From assembly GCA_000002445.1 (NCBI GenBank), contig CP000071.1:2272001-2336000 (forward strand): a stretch of 64,000 bases of DNA. Direction: 5' to 3'. The notes under the pieces were generated by a model. It was not told the DNA's origin. It searched no databases and was given only the letters and a program-made list of their open reading frames with translations. Positions within the stretch are counted from its first letter, which is position 1, and each line of letters opens with the position of its first letter. This document shows positions 34,401 to 45,600 of the stretch, piece after piece. The stretch comes from Trypanosoma brucei. Taxonomy: Eukaryota. The position numbers and the translations under genes are program-made.

Positions 34401-35206
34401 CTGGCCATCTTGACCCTGATGTTTACAGTCGGTTGTGGAATGGACTGCGAGTGCGTGTTGGAATTCACACCGGGTTGTGTGATATTCGGCATGATGAAGT
34501 GACGAAAGGATATGACTTTTACGGTCGTACATCGAATATGGCAGCACGGACTGAGAGCATTGCTAATGGGGGGCAGGTGCTGTTGACACGTCCGACATAC
34601 CTTTCATTGAGTACTTCGGAGCGTGAGCAATTAAATGTGACTGCATTGGGTGATGTGCCATTGCGTGGTGTACCCAAACCTGTGGAGATGTACCAATTGA
34701 ATGCGGTACCCGGAAGGACATTTACTACACTGCGACTTGACCATGAGGTTGCTGATGACGAAGATACGAGTGTTTCTTGCAGTGATGGGAGTTCCATTGG
34801 TGCAGTTCTCAGTGATGCCGCTCAACAGGTTGTTGCTTGCGTTGAAGCACTACTTGGTGCATTCCCTACTGCGCAGCATAAGAAATTACTTATGCCATTT
34901 TGTAACCGATGGGGAGTTTCGTTACCTTATAATGTTTCTGATACGTGGGATGCAACCACGTGCCGTAATGTTACTCGCCTGCTTGCCGCGAGGGTTGGTC
35001 GTGTTGTGGATTTTGGGACGAAGAATACTCATGACAGTGTACAATTCTCTGAAAGACGCTCGGGAACTTTTCCGTCCAGGTTAGCTGCCGCTGTTGATCT
35101 CGTAAGCATCCCTTCAACTTCTACCTGTATTCAATCCAGCTGCAGTATTATATATATGAATGTGCCAGATGATGATGATACCAGCAAATATTCCCCTAAG
35201 CATTGA
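31436..35206 (+). CDS. GRESAG4: receptor-type adenylate cyclase (ESAG4/GRESAG4 family), copy 2
   Basis: ORF 31292..35206 (TTG-initiated extension in the ORF track). ATG at 31436. Nearly identical to copy 1. Tail type 1. Confidence 0.92.
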   Translation: MASFMRLVTPLGAAVACSHLLMVVLPLLLLIPGLCADKDCNSSSVTVRVYNLLYSSDISKTTYEPVIAGFNASLHAHNDDLPANVCIEVEHVHARSDEDYVSYLKNKIDGDAAVQNKSELPIVLGPVGDETTLHLTRELEKFEIVAFSPFTGSSDVRVWKKSLYFLTASPVAEVLALIRYAVSQLRLQRLGFMYLKGVSFGDKEYKLTLKVMSIMGRKLCGVFELDSSTDGRASDDDFEAAWKRFAPTMPQGVIVFGSPIEDTKRFLLKFLGSNELRGAYILIPSMLQYVIINSWMKELAVKNFVPERVILTGPSPLANDNEYIAVRKFQTDMEKYLETNGKLNGHNYEKGHFYDHSTDGELMVHGWIVGEVLWRTLGSRESLKNRTTYMNSLYNQRRYVIDDLVIGDFGGECEGKAGQRGAACKCNQGGNVVYMKRMGTDRNLHPVKEGVVTLASSRCYTNLLQLYAPLNGIMFRLEDNPLAQRITEEYRDGASLVVGKGQLGQGDRFFLHELNSTSSATKHNMLEEVKERVVTAVFGVVDDALLSMTDMTFIDPIPLSPRLKHPGRNALHLSPTIEQQIFVMVERVVVPNSWGSVHAIVRSSDARGIKSVLRKTFWALGGSLGAFDEVTDGESVKSLLPHSGFVLVIGLTEADITAIAEHLDNHREVRVFALFFDVALLYSEFVKVFKKHPQAAERLLFATSLPHWADNNTTSETVQEFHRDVGNESKWTPLALLGYATARAMESVVLQTGRVNSEELINTIFSQSVIVADDMWYGPFEDSCSNSRWSSAKDCIVNYGATHISVWSMARVLNPSVPPVSGVATPSIRYYKDGLNMTEEEFIGTIVGTILCLIALVLIVMLMRKCMRGDTRDNENAPRELTDPVTLIFTDIESSTAQWAAHPELMPDAVATHHRLIRSLISKYGCYEVKTVGDSFMIACKSPFAATQLACDMQRCFLEHDWKTDVFDTSYREFERQRAEDDGDYVPPTGHLDPDVYSRLWNGLRVRVGIHTGLCDIRHDEVTKGYDFYGRTSNMAARTESIANGGQVLLTRPTYLSLSTSEREQLNVTALGDVPLRGVPKPVEMYQLNAVPGRTFTTLRLDHEVADDEDTSVSCSDGSSIGAVLSDAAQQVVACVEALLGAFPTAQHKKLLMPFCNRWGVSLPYNVSDTWDATTCRNVTRLLAARVGRVVDFGTKNTHDSVQFSERRSGTFPSRLAAAVDLVSIPSTSTCIQSSCSIIYMNVPDDDDTSKYSPKH

Positions 35207-35966
35207 AATATGTGTCCATTATTGCCAGAATAATTGGATAAGGTTCAATGAAAGATCTGTGCATGTTTCTTGTTCGATATTGGATGTTTTCGATAATATT
35301 CTTTTTAGGTTATATTTTCCACTTCTATGTATACACGGTATCCTCCTCACATGTTGGGTGCTTTCCATATTCGTGTGTTCCGCTTAGCTAGTGATTAAAG
35401 CACTTATTGAAGCAAACCCACTTTTCGTTTGTTGTTATAAAGTGGGGGATGTACTTATTTTCTCCATACTCTCACTGTGTGAAGCGTTATTTTTCTTGTT
35501 TCCCACTTCCGGTGAGCGGGTGTCAGGCAAAATGCACTGACCTCCTATATTAATGAAAATCGATGCATTCCCGTGCTGGACAGATAAGCCATCGTATTAT
35601 TAACTTCTAATGTTGCTGTTGGTACAACATATCAGTGTTGTTCACTTTGCTTTCCTTTACTATTATGTTGAAATGGTTTATTGTTTTTTTCTTTTTGTGT
35701 GCATATATCTGTATATGTGTTTCGATATACCGTCACCACTCTACCACGTTGATGGATTGGGGAATGGCTACTGATTGATTAATGCATGGTTTTTTGTCAC
35801 TTTAATAACAACATTGTATTCCATGATGGCTTTCAGCAACTGACCCTTGTGTACAATTTCCTGTTTATTTCCCTCTACTGACACAAATCTTTTTTACTAA
35901 TATCTTTTCCTTCTTTTATCACTTTCCAGGACTTGACAAGCCAAATATGTGAGGCTGGCTATTGCA

Positions 35967-36464
35967 TTTGGAAGGACATTTGCTACACTGCGACTTAACC
36001 ATGAGGTTGCTGATGACGAAGATACGAGTGTTTCTTGCAGTGATGGGAGTTCCATTGGTGCAGTTCTCAGTGATGCCGCTCATCAGGCCGTTGCTTTTAT
36101 TGAAGCACTACTTGGTGCATTCCCTACTGCGCAGCATAAGAAATTACTTATGCCATTTTGTAACCGATGGGGAGTTTCGGCGCCTTATAATGTTTCTGAT
36201 ACGTGGGATGCAACCACGTGCCGTAATGTTACTCGCCTGCTTGCCGCGAGGGTTGGTCGTGTTGTGGATTTTGGGACGAAGAATACTCATGACAGTGTAC
36301 AATCCTTTGATAGACGCTCGGGAACTTTTCCGTCCAGGTTAGCTGCCGCTGTTGATCTCGTAAGCATCCCTTCAACTTCTACCTGTATTCAATCCAGCTG
36401 CAGTATTATATATATGAATGTGCCAGATGATGATGATACCAGCAAATATTCCCCTAAGCATTGA
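35967..36464 (+). pseudogene. long 3' adenylate cyclase fragment (through the native stop): reciprocal duplication product
   Basis: ORF 35949..36464 starts at the same fragment-type 5' junction (RLAIAFGRTFATLRLNHEV...) but continues through the complete tail-type-1 C-terminus to the normal stop. A second copy of the spacer and a short fragment (37225..37495) follow it. Confidence 0.85.
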
Positions 36465-37224
36465 AATATGTGTCCATTATTGCCAGAATAATTGGATAAG
36501 GTTCAATACATGATCTGTGCATGTTTCTTTTTCGATATTGGATGTTTTCGATAATATTCTTTTTAGGTTATATTTTTCACTTCTATGTATACACGGTATC
36601 CTCCTCACATGTTGGGTGCTTTCCATATTCGTGTGTTCCGCCTAGCTAGTGATTAAAGCACTTATTGAAGCAAACCCACTTTTCGTTTGTTGTTATAAAG
36701 TGGGGGATGTACTTATTTTCTCCATACTCTCACTGTGTGAAGCGTTATTTTTCTTGTTTCCCACTTCCGGTGAGCGGGTGTCAGGAAAAATGCACTGACC
36801 TCCTATATTAATGAAAATCGATGCATTCCCGTGCTGGACAGATAAGCCATCGTATTATTAACTTCTAATGTTGCTGTTGGTACAACATATCAGTGTTGTT
36901 CACTTTGCTTTCCTTTACTATTATGTTGAAATGGTTTATTGTTTTTTTCTTTTTGTGTGCATATATCTGTATATGTGTTTCGATATACCGTCACCACTCT
37001 ACCACGTTGATGGATTGGGGAATGGCTACTGATTGATTAATGCATGGTTTTTTGTCACTTTAATAACAACATTGTATTCCATGATGGCTTTCAGCAACTG
37101 ACCCTTGTGTACAATTTCCTGTTTATTTCCCTCTACTGACACAAATCTTTTTTACTAATATCTTTTCCTTCTTTTATCACTTTCCAGGACTTGACAAGCC
37201 AAATATGTGAGACTGGCTATTGCA

Positions 37225-37495
37225 TTTGGAAGGACATTTGCTACACTGCGACTTAACCATGAGGTTGCTGATGACGAAGATACGAGTGTTTCTTGCAGTG
37301 ATGGGAGTTCCATTGGTGCAGTTCTCAGTGATGCCGCTTATCAGGCCGTTGCTTTTATTGAAGCACTACTTGGTGCATTCCCTACTGCGCAGCGTAAGAA
37401 ATTACTTATGCCATTTTGTAACCGATGGGGAGTTTCGGCGCCTCGTAATGTTTCTGATACGTGGGATGCAACCACGTGCCGTAATGTTACAGTCA
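37225..37495 (+). pseudogene. duplicated 3' coding fragment upstream of copy 3
   Basis: Same structure as 31020..31290. Ends in the NVTVTCV-stop junction. Confidence 0.85.
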
Positions 37496-37640
37496 CTTGT
37501 GTGTAATTGAATTTCAACTGCACTCTCTTCTGCTCCCTTTCGTGCCCTTACTTTATTGTTGTCTATTATCATTATTATTATTATTCTCTCATTTCTCTCC
37601 TTTAAGACTTACGAATTCCTCAAGTCAAGTCACCAGTGTT

Positions 37641-40600
37641 ATGGCTTCCTTCATGCGTCTTGTTACTCCACTTGGCGCTGCAGTGGCTTGCAGTCATCTC
37701 CTCATGGTTGTGTTACCGCTGCTGTTACTTATTCCTGGTTTATGTGCTGATAAAGACTGTAACAGTAGCAGTGTAACGGTGAGGGTGTATAATTTGTTGT
37801 ACAGCTCTAAGATATCAAGTAAAATCTATGAACCCGTCATTGCTGGTTTCAATGCCTCGCTACATGCGCATAATGATGATTTGCCGGCAAATGTGTGCAT
37901 AGAGGTCGAACATGTTCATGCCAGAAGCGATGAGGATTACGTCTCATATTTAAAGGATAAAATTGATGGAGATGCTGCTGTACATAATAAGAGTGAACTG
38001 CCCATTGTGCTGGGACCTGTTGGTGATGTGACTACTCTCCATCTCACCAGGGAACTTGAGAAGTTTGAAATAGTGGCCTTTTCTCCCTTTACTGGATCTT
38101 CGGATGTGCGTGTGTGGAAAAAGAATCTGTACTTCCTTACGGCATCGCCTGTTGCAGAGGTGCTTGCACTAATTCGTTACGCTGTGAGTCAATTGAGGTT
38201 TCAGCGACTGGGTTTTATGTACCTGAAGGGTGTGTTTTATGGCGATAAGGAGTATAAGCTGACACTTAAGGTAATGTCGATTATGGGCCGTAAATTGTGC
38301 GGTGTTTTCGAATTAGACAGCTCTACTGATGGAAGGGCTTCTGATGATGATTTTGAGGCTGCATGGAAAAGGTTTGCTCCCACGATGCCACAAGGTGTAA
38401 TTGTGTTTGGTTCGCCAATTGAGGATACGAAGAGGTTCCTGATGAAGTTTTTAGGGAGCAATGAATTGAGAGGTGCTTATATATTAATTCCTTCCATGCT
38501 TCAATATGTTATCAAAAACAGTTGGGTGAAGGAGTTGGCCGTAAAGAATTTTGTGCCTGAGAGAGTGATACTGACGGGTCCGAGTCCACTTGCAAATGAT
38601 AATGAATACATAGCGGTACGGAAGTTTCAGCCTGTTATGGAGAAGTACCTGGAAAAAAATGGGAAACTTAATGGTCACAATTATGAAAAGGGTCACTTTT
38701 ACCAGCACAGTACTGACGGAGAATTGATGCTGCACGGATGGATCACAGGCGAGGTCTTGTGGCGTACACTGGGAAGTCGTGAATTACTGAAAAACCGTAC
38801 AACTTACATGAACTCTCTGTACAACCAGCGTCGGTATGTTATCGATGATCTTGTGATTGGTGATTTTGGTGGTGAATGTGAGGGGAAGGCTGGTCAGCGT
38901 GGAGCTGCATGCAAATGTAATCAAGGTGGAAATGTTGTTTACATGAAGAGGATGGGAACTGATCGGAATCTACATCCTGTGAAGGAGGGTGTAGTGACTC
39001 TCGCTTCATCACGCTGCTATACGAATCTCTTACAACTGTATGCCCCATTGAATGGTATAATGTTTCGACTAGAAGACAATCCATTGGCGCAGCGGATTAC
39101 AGAGGAATATCGCGATGGCGCCTCCCCCGTTGTTGGAAAGGGCCAATTGGGTCAAGGTGATCGCTTATTTTTGCATGAACTGAATTCGACATCGAGTGCG
39201 ACAAAGCACAACATGTTAGAGGAGGTTAAAGAGCGTGTTGTGACGGCCGTGTTCGGTGTTGTGGATGACGCGCTACTGTCGATGACAGATATGACATTTA
39301 TTGATCCCATTCCTCTCAGTCCCAGGTTGAAACACCCCGGAAGGAATGTGTTGCATTTGTCTCCAACAATTGAACAGCAGATTTTTGTAATGGTGGAGCG
39401 TGTTGTGGTTCCGAATTCCTGGGGGAGTGTGCATGCCATTGTTCGCAGTAGTGATGCACGTGGAATAAAATCTGTTCTTCGAAAGACTTTTTGGGCACTT
39501 GGTGGGTCGCTGGGTGCTTTCGACGAAGTTACCGACAGTGAAAGTGTGAAGAGTTTGTTACCGAATAGCGGCTTCGTTCTCGTTATTGGTCTAACTGAAG
39601 CTGATATTACTGCAATTGCTGAGCATCTTGACAATCACAGGGAAGTGCGTGTATTTGTGTTATTCTTCGATGTGGCACTGCTGTACAGTGAGTTTGTGAA
39701 GGTATTCAAAAAGCATCCGCAAGCTGCCGAGCGGTTACTATTCGCAACAAGCCTACCACACTGGGCAGACAACAATACGACATCCGAGACGGTTCAGGAG
39801 TTTCACAGGGACGTGGGGAATGAGAGTAAATGGACTCCACTGGCGCTGCTTGGGTATGCGACTGCACGTGCAATGGAAAGTGTTGTGTTGCAAATGGGGC
39901 GTGTGAACTCAGAAGAGCTTATCAACACTATATTCAGTCAGTCTGTAATTGTAGCGGATGACATGTGGTATGGACCCTTTGAGGACAGTTGTTCCAATAG
40001 CCGCTGGTCATCAGCGAAAGACTGCATTGTGAATTACGGTGCGACACATATTTCCGTGTGGTCCATGGCTCGTGTGTTGAATCCTTCCGTACCTCCTGTT
40101 AGTGGAGTAGCAGCACCATCAATACGTTACTACAAAGATGGATTGAATATGACTGAGGAAGAATTTATTGGCACAATTGTGGGTACCATTTTGTGTTTGA
40201 TAGCACTTGTGCTGATAGTAATGCTTATGCGGAAATGTATGCGTGGGGATACTCGCGATAACGAGAACGCACCAAAAGAATTGACAGACCCCGTAACGCT
40301 AATATTCACTGACATCGAGAGCAGCACTGCGCAGTGGGCAGCACACCCTGAGCTTATGCCTGATGCCGTTGCAACACATCACCGCCTAATTCGCACATTG
40401 ATTTCCAAGTATGGATGCTATGAAGTGAAGACTGTTGGAGATTCTTTTATGATTGCATGCAAGAGCCCTTTCGCTGCTACGCAATTAGCGTGTGACCTGC
40501 AGCGGTGCTTTTTAGAACATGATTGGAAGACTGATGTGTTTGATACGTCTTATCGTGAGTTTGAGCGGCAGCGTGCGGAAGATGATGGGGATTATGTTCC

Positions 40601-41444
40601 ACCCACTGGCCATCTTGACCCTGATGTTTACAGTCGGTTGTGGAATGGACTGCGAGTGCGTGTTGGAATTCACACCGGGTTGTGTGATATTCGGCATGAT
40701 GAAGTGACGAAAGGATATGACTTTTACGGTCGTACATCGAATATGGCAGCACGGACTGAGAGCATTGCTAATGGCGGGCAGGTGCTGTTGACACGTTCGA
40801 CATACCTTTCATTGAGTACTTCGGAGCGTGAGCAATTAAATGTGACTGCATTGGGTGATGTGCCATTGCGTGGTGTACCCAAACCTGTGGAGATGTACCA
40901 ATTGAATGCGGTACCCGGAAGGACATTTACTACACTGCGACTTGACCATGAGGTTGCTGATGACGAAGATACGAGTGTTTCTTGCAGTGATGGGAGTTCC
41001 ATTGGTGCAGTTCTCAGTGATGCCGCTCATCAGGCCGTTGCTTTTATTGAAGCACTACTTGGTGCATTCCCTACTGCGCAGCATAAGAAATTACTTATGC
41101 CATTTTGTAACCGATGGGGAGTTTCGTTACCTTATAATGTTTCTGATACGTGGGATGCAACCACGTGCCGTAATGTTACTCGCCTGCTTGCCGCGAGGGT
41201 TGGTCGTGTTGTGGATTTTGGGACGAAGAATACTCATGACAGTGTACAATCCTTTGATAGACGCTCGGGAACTTTCCCACCTGGATTGGTTGCCTCTGTT
41301 CCTGAGGAGGGTAGTTTAGCTTCAACTTCTACCTGTATTCAATCCAGCTGCAGTGTTGTGTACATGATGAATGGGCCAGATGATGATGATACCAGCAAAT
41401 GTTCCCCTAAGCATTGCAATATGCGTCCGTTATTGCCAGAATAA
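37641..41444 (+). CDS. GRESAG4: receptor-type adenylate cyclase, copy 3 (C-terminal tail type 2)
   Basis: ORF 37497..41444, ATG at 37641. Same domain architecture. Tail type 2 (…GTFPPGLVASVPEEGSLASTSTCIQSSCSVVYMMNGPDDDDTSKCSPKHCNMRPLLPE). Confidence 0.92.
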   Translation: MASFMRLVTPLGAAVACSHLLMVVLPLLLLIPGLCADKDCNSSSVTVRVYNLLYSSKISSKIYEPVIAGFNASLHAHNDDLPANVCIEVEHVHARSDEDYVSYLKDKIDGDAAVHNKSELPIVLGPVGDVTTLHLTRELEKFEIVAFSPFTGSSDVRVWKKNLYFLTASPVAEVLALIRYAVSQLRFQRLGFMYLKGVFYGDKEYKLTLKVMSIMGRKLCGVFELDSSTDGRASDDDFEAAWKRFAPTMPQGVIVFGSPIEDTKRFLMKFLGSNELRGAYILIPSMLQYVIKNSWVKELAVKNFVPERVILTGPSPLANDNEYIAVRKFQPVMEKYLEKNGKLNGHNYEKGHFYQHSTDGELMLHGWITGEVLWRTLGSRELLKNRTTYMNSLYNQRRYVIDDLVIGDFGGECEGKAGQRGAACKCNQGGNVVYMKRMGTDRNLHPVKEGVVTLASSRCYTNLLQLYAPLNGIMFRLEDNPLAQRITEEYRDGASPVVGKGQLGQGDRLFLHELNSTSSATKHNMLEEVKERVVTAVFGVVDDALLSMTDMTFIDPIPLSPRLKHPGRNVLHLSPTIEQQIFVMVERVVVPNSWGSVHAIVRSSDARGIKSVLRKTFWALGGSLGAFDEVTDSESVKSLLPNSGFVLVIGLTEADITAIAEHLDNHREVRVFVLFFDVALLYSEFVKVFKKHPQAAERLLFATSLPHWADNNTTSETVQEFHRDVGNESKWTPLALLGYATARAMESVVLQMGRVNSEELINTIFSQSVIVADDMWYGPFEDSCSNSRWSSAKDCIVNYGATHISVWSMARVLNPSVPPVSGVAAPSIRYYKDGLNMTEEEFIGTIVGTILCLIALVLIVMLMRKCMRGDTRDNENAPKELTDPVTLIFTDIESSTAQWAAHPELMPDAVATHHRLIRTLISKYGCYEVKTVGDSFMIACKSPFAATQLACDLQRCFLEHDWKTDVFDTSYREFERQRAEDDGDYVPPTGHLDPDVYSRLWNGLRVRVGIHTGLCDIRHDEVTKGYDFYGRTSNMAARTESIANGGQVLLTRSTYLSLSTSEREQLNVTALGDVPLRGVPKPVEMYQLNAVPGRTFTTLRLDHEVADDEDTSVSCSDGSSIGAVLSDAAHQAVAFIEALLGAFPTAQHKKLLMPFCNRWGVSLPYNVSDTWDATTCRNVTRLLAARVGRVVDFGTKNTHDSVQSFDRRSGTFPPGLVASVPEEGSLASTSTCIQSSCSVVYMMNGPDDDDTSKCSPKHCNMRPLLPE

Positions 41445-41676
41445 TTGGATAAGGTTCAATACATGATCTGTGCATGTTTCTTTTTCGATATTAGATTTTT
41501 TCGATAATATTCTTTTTAGGTTGTCTCTATTACTATGTGTGCTCAGCATCCTCCTCACATGTTGGGTGGTTTTATTATCCCTCTGATGAAAGAAATTTCT
41601 TGAAATGCTGTTGGCAATCTTTTATTTTAATACGTTTAGCGGTAAGCGCTTTTCGTTTTTCCTTTATTATGCGATA

Positions 41677-41708
41677 CCGGAGCATGCATATCACTGCTGA
41701 TGCTCCGG
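41677..41708. repeat. perfect 9-bp inverted repeat (ccggagcat / atgctccgg) with a 14-nt loop in the type-B spacer
   Basis: Read directly: ccggagcat gcatatcactgctg atgctccgg. Recurs at 60269..60300. In the other two type-B spacers the left arm is replaced. Confidence 0.7.
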
Positions 41709-42199
41709 CCCATAGTTTATGATATGTGTTCTTTTCCACCCCCGGTGAGTGGGTGTCAGGCAAAATGCACTGATATCCTCTTTTGGTGGGAATTTATAAG
41801 TTACCATGCTGGACAGTTGAGCCACCGTATTATTAACTTCTAATGTTGCTGTTGGTACAACATATCAGTGTCGTTCACTTTGATTTCCTTTACTATTATG
41901 TTGAAATGGTTTATTGTTTTTTTCTTTTTGTGTGCATATATCTGTATATGTGTTTCGATATACCGTCACCACTCTACCACGTTGATGGATTGGGGAATGG
42001 CTACTGATTGATTAATGCATGGTTTTTTGTCACTTTAATAACAACATTGTATTCCATGATGGCTTTCAGCAACTGACCCTTGTGTACAATTTCCTGTTTA
42101 TTTCCCTCTACTGACACAAATCTTTTTTACTAATATCTTTTCCTTCTTTTATCACTTTCCAGGACTTGACAAGCCAAATATGTGAGACTGGCTATTGCA

Positions 42200-42470
42200 T
42201 TCGGAAGGACATTTACTACACTGCGACTTAACCATGAGGTTGCTGATGACGAAGATACGAGTGTTTCTTGCAGTGATGGGAGTTCCATTGGTGCAGTTCT
42301 CAGTGATGCCGCTTATCAGGCCGTTGCTTTTATTGAAGCACTACTTGGTGCATTCCCTACTGCGCAGCGTAAGAAATTACTTATGCCATTTTGTAACCGA
42401 TGGGGAGTTTCGGCGCCTCGTAATGTTTCTGATACGTGGGATGCAACCACGTGCCGTAATGTTACAGTCA
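42200..42470 (+). pseudogene. duplicated 3' coding fragment upstream of copy 4
   Basis: Same junction structure as the other fragments. Confidence 0.85.
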
Positions 42471-42615
42471 CTTGTGTGTAATTGAATTTCAACTGCACTC
42501 TCTTCTGCTCCCTTTCGTGCCCTTACTTTATTGTTGTCTATTATCATTATTATTATTATTCTCTCATTTCTCTCCTTTAAGACTTACGAATTCCTCAAGT
42601 CAAGTCACCAGTGTT

Positions 42616-45600
42616 ATGGCTTCCTTCATGCGTCTTGTTACTCCACTTGGCGCTGCAGTGGCTTGCAGTCATCTCCTCATGGTTGTGTTACCGCTGCTGT
42701 TACTTATTCCTGGTTTATGTGCTGATAAAGACTGTAACAGTAGCAGTGTAACGGTGAGGGTGTATAATTTGTTGTACGGTTCCGACGTATCAAAAGCAAT
42801 CTATGAACCCGTCATTGCTGGTTTCAATGCCTCTATCGAAGCGCACAAAGGGGATTTACCGGCAAATGTGTGCATAGAGGTGAAATATGTGCATCACGAT
42901 GGCAATGTTATTGAGGTTGGGAATATAAATAGGATTGTTGAAGAAGACAAAGGAAATATGAATGAACTGCCCATTGTGCTGGGACCTTTTGGTGATTGGG
43001 AAACTCGTAATATTTCCTCGGAACTTGAAGAGTTGAAGGTAGTTGCCTTTTCTCCCTTTACTGGATCTTCGGATGTGCGTGTGTGGAAAAAGAATCTGTA
43101 CTTCCTTACGGCATCGCCTGTTGCACAGGTGCTTGCACTAATTCGTTATGCAGTGAGTCAATTGAGGCTTCAGCGACTGGGTTTTATGTACCTGAAGGGT
43201 GTGTTTTATGGCGATAAGGAGTATAAGCTGACACTTAAGGTAATGTCGATTATGGGCCGTAAATTGTGCGGTGTTTTCGAATTAGACAGCTCTACTGATG
43301 GAAGGGCTTCTGATGATGATTTTGAGGCTGCATGGAAAAGGTTTGCTCCCACGATGCCACAAGGTGTAATTGTGTTTGGTTCGCCAATTGAGGATACGAA
43401 GAGGTTCCTGTTGAAGTTTTTAGGGAGCAATGAATTGAGAGGTGCTTATATATTAATTCCTTCTATGCTTCAATATGTTATCAAAAACAGTTGGATGAAG
43501 AAGTTGGCCGTAAAGAATTTTGTGCCTGAGAGAGTGATACTGACGGGTCTGACTCCACTTGCAAATGATAATGAATACATAGCAGTACGGAAGTTTCAGA
43601 CTGATATGGAGAAGTACCTGGAAAAAAATGGGAAACTTAATGGTCACAATTATGAAAAGGGTCACTTTTATGATCACAGTACTGACGGAGAATTGATGGT
43701 GCACGGATGGATCACAGGCGAGGTCTTGTGGCGTACACTGGGAAGTCGTGAATTACTGTGCAACCGTACAGCTTACATGAACTCTCTGTACAACCAGCGT
43801 CGGTATGTTATCGATGATCTTGTGATTGGTGATTTTGGTGGTGAATGTGAGGGGAAGGCTGGTCAGCGTGGAGCTGCATGCAAATGTAATCAAGGTGGAA
43901 ATGTTGTTTACATGAAGAGGATGGGAACTGATCGGAATCTACATCCTGTGAAGGAGGGTGTAGTGACTCTCGCTTCATCACGCTGCTATACGAATCTCTT
44001 ACAACTGTATGCCCCATTGAATGGTATAATGTTTCGACTGGAAGACAATCCATTGGCNCAGCGGATTACAGAGGAATATCGCGATGGCGCCTCCCNCGTT
44101 GTTGGAAAGGGCCAATTGGGTCAAGGTGATCGCTTCTTTTTGCATGAACTGAATTCGACATCGAGTGCGACAAAGCACAACATGTTAGAGGAGGTTAAAG
44201 AGCGTGTTGTGACGGCCGTGTTCGGTGTTGTGGATGACGCGCTACTGTCGATGACAGATATGNCATTTATTGATCCCATTCCTCTCAGTCCCAGGTTGAA
44301 ACACCCCGGAAGGAATGTGTTGCATTTGTCTCCAACAATTGAGCAGCAGATTTTTGTAATGGTGGAGCGTGTTGTGGTTCCGAATTCCTGGGGGAGTGTG
44401 CATGCCATTGTTCGCAGTAGTGATGCACGTGGAATAAAATCTGTTCTTCGAAAGACTTTTTGGGCACTTGGTGGGTCGCTGGGTGCTTTCGACGAAGTTA
44501 CCGACGGTGAAAGTGTGAAGAGTTTGTTACCGCATAGCGGTTTCGTTCTCGTTATTGGTCTAACTGAAGCTTATATTACTGCAATTGCTGAGCATCTTGA
44601 CAATCACAGGGAAGTGCGTGTATTTGTGTTATTCTTCGATGTGGCACTGCTGTACAGTGAGTTTGTGAAGGTATTCAAAAAGCATCCGCAAGCTGCCGAG
44701 CGGTTACTATTCGCAACAAGCCTACCACACTGGGCAGACAACAATACGACATCCGAGACGGTTCAGGAATTTCACAGGGACGTGGGGAATGAGAGTAAAT
44801 GGACTCCACTGGCGCTGCTTGGGTATGCGACTGCACGTGCAATGGAAAGTGTTGTGTTGCAAATGGGGCGTGTGAACTCAGAAGAGCTTATCAACACTAT
44901 ATTCAGTCAGTCTGTAATTGTAGCGGATGACATGTGGTATGGACCTTTTGAGGACAGTTGTTCCAATAGCCGCTGGTCATCAGCGAAAGACTGCATTGTG
45001 AATTACGGTGCGACACATATTTCCGTGTGGTCCATGGCTCGTGTGTTGAATCCTTCCGTACCTCCTGTTAGTGGAGTAGCAACACCATCAATACGTTACT
45101 ACAAAGATGGATTGAATATGACTGAGGAAGAATTTATTGGCACAATTGTGGGTACCATTTTGTGTTTGATAGCACTTGTGCTGATAGTAATGCTTATGCG
45201 GAAATGTATGCGTGGGGATACTCGCGATAACGAGAACGCACCAAGAGAATTGACAGACCCCGTAACGCTAATATTCACTGACATCGAGAGCAGCACTGCG
45301 CAGTGGGCAGCACACCCTGAGATTATGCCTGATGCCGTTGCAACACATCACCGCCTAATTCGCACATTGATTTCCAAGTATGGATGCTATGAAGTGAAGA
45401 CTGTTGGAGATTCTTTTATGATTGCATGCAAGAGCCCTTTCGCTGCTACGCAATTAGCGTGTGACCTGCAACGATGCTTTTTAGAACATGATTGGAAGAC
45501 TGATGTGTTTGATACGTCTTATCGTGAGTTTGAGCGGCAGCGTGCGGAAGATGATGGGGATTATGTTCCACCCACTGGCCATCTTGACCCTGATGTTTAC

